This document shows, one piece after another, positions 63,816 through 64,000 of a DNA stretch of 64,000 bases. Source of the stretch: Eubacteriales bacterium (GTDB lineage: Bacteria; Bacillota; Clostridia; Oscillospirales; CAG-272). The notes under the pieces are model-generated. The model searched no databases and was not told the origin of the DNA. It saw only the letters and a program-made list of their open reading frames with translations. Numbering within the stretch: the first letter of the stretch is position 1; every line of letters begins with the position of its first letter. The DNA lies in the NCBI GenBank assembly GCA_045651165.1, contig JAZRRX010000039.1, positions 251,866-315,865 of the forward strand, written 5' to 3'. The position numbers were made by a program, and so were the translations under genes.

Positions 63816-63902
63816 GCCGGTGTGATGGAATTGGCAGACGTGCCGGACTCAAAATCCGGTGGTAGCGATACCGTGCGGGTTCGACCCCCGCCACCGGCAC
63901 CA
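63816..63902 (+). tRNA. tRNA-Leu (anticodon CAA), class II with long variable arm, CCA encoded
   Basis: Folded by hand. Acceptor GCCGGTG/CACCGGC, anticodon stem CCGGA/TCCGG with loop CTCAAAA (CAA at 63850-63852), a 15-nt variable arm, T-arm GCGGG TTCGACC CCCGC, and discriminator A plus CCA. Confidence 0.92.
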
Positions 63903-63911
63903 TATATTTTT

Positions 63912-63940
63912 AAGAGTAAACTTTTTGTTTACTCTTTTTT
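63912..63940 (+). terminator. Intrinsic terminator after tRNA-Leu
   Basis: AAGAGTAAAC ttttt GTTTACTCTT followed by TTTT. Confidence 0.75.
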
Positions 63941-63952
63941 GTTTTATTAAAA

Positions 63953-63984
63953 AACGCTTCCGATTATGAATTTTCGGAAGCGTT
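63953..63984. terminator. Second hairpin, probably the terminator of a minus-strand gene beyond the window
   Basis: AACGCTTCCGA/TCGGAAGCGTT 11-bp stem, preceded by an A-run on the + strand (a U-run on the - strand). Confidence 0.5.
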
Positions 63985-64000
63985 AGCTTTTATTTATTCT

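Noticed and set aside
1-64000. I looked for defence systems, prophage or integrase genes, IS elements/transposases, CRISPR arrays, rRNA and known riboswitch/T-box leaders.
   Set aside because: No recombinase, transposase, cas, restriction/modification, Abi-type or phage structural motif was recognised in any frame. The only dispersed repeat is the 203-bp spoVT-derived unit. No leader long or structured enough for a riboswitch was seen, apart from the tentative glp leader.

Overview
This is a low-GC Firmicutes (Clostridia-type, spore-former) chromosomal segment with about 57 protein genes and one tRNA. I saw no rRNA, CRISPR array, prophage, IS element or recognisable defence system.

Layout:
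- 1-12.6 kb is housekeeping: lon (5' end outside the window), engB, an M50 protease, scpA-scpB-ytfI-ytfJ, a DD-carboxypeptidase, rluB, prmC, rex with dnaD-like and dnaC/I-like genes, tsaD, rimI and a dCMP deaminase.
- 12.8-15.1 kb is an amino-acid ABC importer.
- 15.4-19.2 kb is an operon pairing an ene-reductase-type flavoenzyme with a split aconitase-X (DUF521/DUF126).
- 19.2-19.8 kb is spoVT.
- 20.2-46 kb is a Gram-positive polysaccharide-utilisation locus: GH78, DUF4091, two GH2, a domain-permuted GH3, GH43-CBM32, two large non-catalytic lipoproteins, an SBP with two permeases, a FruK-like kinase, a SorE-like dehydrogenase and an ArsR-fusion regulator.
- 46.1-52.8 kb is a glycerol-phosphate block: a GlpA-like trio, glpP, and an AraM-like/AraL-like pair.
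- 53.2-59.1 kb is a rhaB-rhaA-rhaD-ORF491 operon plus an AraC regulator. It is bracketed by a 203-bp direct repeat that carries two truncated spoVT-like mini-genes.
- The rest is maa, a secreted Cys-module protein, mgtE and tRNA-Leu(CAA).

Best candidates for undescribed biology:
1. The ene-reductase/AcnX operon.
2. A Cys/His module shared by two secreted proteins, one of which sits in the PUL.
3. A DnaA-box cluster upstream of the helicase-loader operon.
4. The repeat-bracketed rha module with N-domain-only SpoVT paralogues.

All family assignments come from motif recognition by eye. No database search was run.
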